From NCBI RefSeq assembly GCF_006345805.1, contig NC_042998.1, positions 42,656,001 to 42,720,000 on the forward strand: a stretch of DNA of 64,000 nucleotides, in the 5' to 3' direction. The notes under the pieces are model-generated. The model saw only the letters and a list, made by a program, of their open reading frames with translations, made no database searches and was not told the origin of the DNA. The first letter of the stretch is position 1. Every line of letters begins with the position of its first letter. The stretch comes from Octopus sinensis. Taxonomy: Eukaryota. Of the stretch, positions 62,454 through 64,000 are shown in pieces. Made by a program: the position numbers and the translations under genes.

Positions 62454-64000
62454 TAAGTAGATTAGTAATAACTCTATCAAATTTTGGCACAAAGTTAGCA
62501 CTTTTAGGGGAGGGGAAAGTTAAGTACATCATCCCCAATAGTCAACTGGTACTTATTTTATTAACCCCAAAAATGTGAAAGGCATAAGTCCACCTCAACT
62601 GAATTTTACCTCTGAATGTAATGAGTCAGGAGAAATACTGCAAAGCATATTTTTTTCTGAAACTAACAATTCAGCTTGCTCATTGCCTGAGCTCAAATTA
62701 GTAATAACAAAATGAGAAATCAATAATTCAAAACACCTTTAATATTGCATAAGCGTTGAAATCCAAAGTGATGGATCAAGATATTGAGTAATGTGAGCCA
62801 TCTGTTGTTCTTGCAATATAAACATTTACTAATAAAATAAACCATCACCACAAACTTGAAAGTCTAAAATGACTCCCCAAGCATTGTGAGTGAAAACCAG
62901 TTGACAGAGATAGTGTGGGACCCCGTTCAATTGACCCAACCTACATTCAAATAGTAGACGTAATCTGTCATCCAGTTAAACACCACGACCTTGCTCATGG
63001 CTGCCTTTAACTGAATTCATTGATATAGCTGTGCAGGACAACCTTTAAGCTTATTGCTTTCGCCTCTGACCCCATACAGGCTGATACAGCAGCCTCAAAA
63101 GTGCTGCTCCCATAAAAACGTCACTTGGGAAGGACCACCTCCTTGCCCTTTCCCTTGCTATGTTACAGGTTGAGCCAACTCTTGTTACAATCATTTGGGA
63201 CTGGTTTCTGTTTTGAATGTAACTCAATAGATTGTTGTGCTACTTTCTACTGCAAAAACTCATAAAACAATTTTTCTGCAACTCCTTTCGACCAATATCA
63301 GAGACTCTACTTAAAAAGACAAAAGGTCATGACTGCTGTCCATTCTTTGGCTAAGCCAGAGTCTAACATTATTTTAATTAAACTTATTGCAACATTAACT
63401 ATTTGAAAAATCAGAAAAGGTTTTGGTAATATTGTTGTAAATACAGAATAATTTGAAAGAGTTGAAGTAGCATATAGATACCAACTACATGAAACTGTCT
63501 TTGGTTCTATGAAACAAATTTGCTTTTAAAGCCCTCCTTCAAAATTTCATATTAATTTTCTGTTTAATTTGGTAAGAAACTGATATTTGACAGAAAATAA
63601 TAGTAATTAAAATATCACCGCAGCTTATAACTGAACTTCATAGAAAAGCTTCAACATGGTCGCTTGGACTACTAGATACAGGAGCTAAATCTCATTCACA
63701 GCACATCCTTATAGTCTTAAAGGAAGGACACTGGATAAAGTAGCCCTAGATATACTTAGTTTGGGGAAAAGTATGATAATCGAGTGTTCGATCACGATTG
63801 ATATTGGACTAAACAACAAATATTAGATGAAAGAATCTCGGTAAATATTGTAGAGATCAGAATTACATTCTTTTATACTGCATGGGTAGTCTCTCGACTC
63901 CGAGAATGACGATTCCTTAATTTATTACTGATCAACCAACACATGATTTGCTTATAATGATCAAATGCTTGTGCGTAAACGAACTCACCCACCTTCCTCT

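Noticed and set aside
62850-63400. Higher-GC coding-looking stretch near the window end
   Set aside because: No ORF of 60 aa or more, no consistent splice pair and no recognisable motif. It is possibly an old element but unsupported.

Overview
AT-rich animal genomic DNA, almost certainly from an octopod cephalopod. This is inferred from the tRNA-headed SINE families, RTE/Dong LINEs and microsatellite density, not from a database search. Two spliced protein-coding genes lie head to head, and I rebuilt both exon by exon with GT-AG junctions and consistent reading phase. (1) Minus strand, 34251 to 10200: an 8-exon cyclophilin of the PPIL6 type, 469 aa, with an extra ~175-aa acidic C-terminal tail containing (EPDEKV)x8. 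(2) Plus strand, 41803 to 54186: a 7-exon, 329-aa protein with two RWD-like modules and a RING-H2 finger. I cannot name it; it is a putative E3 ubiquitin ligase. The rest is mobile-element debris: a 5'-truncated R4/Dong LINE with a 939-codon ORF inside a (TAA)n array, RTE LINE pieces, Penelope-like fragments, three Tc1/mariner elements, two Helitron helicase relics, MITEs and several SINE families. The best structural oddities are a degenerate type I hammerhead-ribozyme motif between long inverted repeats just inside PPIL6 intron 4, and a head-to-tail SINE trimer flanked by a single 22-bp target-site duplication. Most short ORFs in the supplied track are microsatellite or SINE artefacts. Repeat boundaries are approximate.
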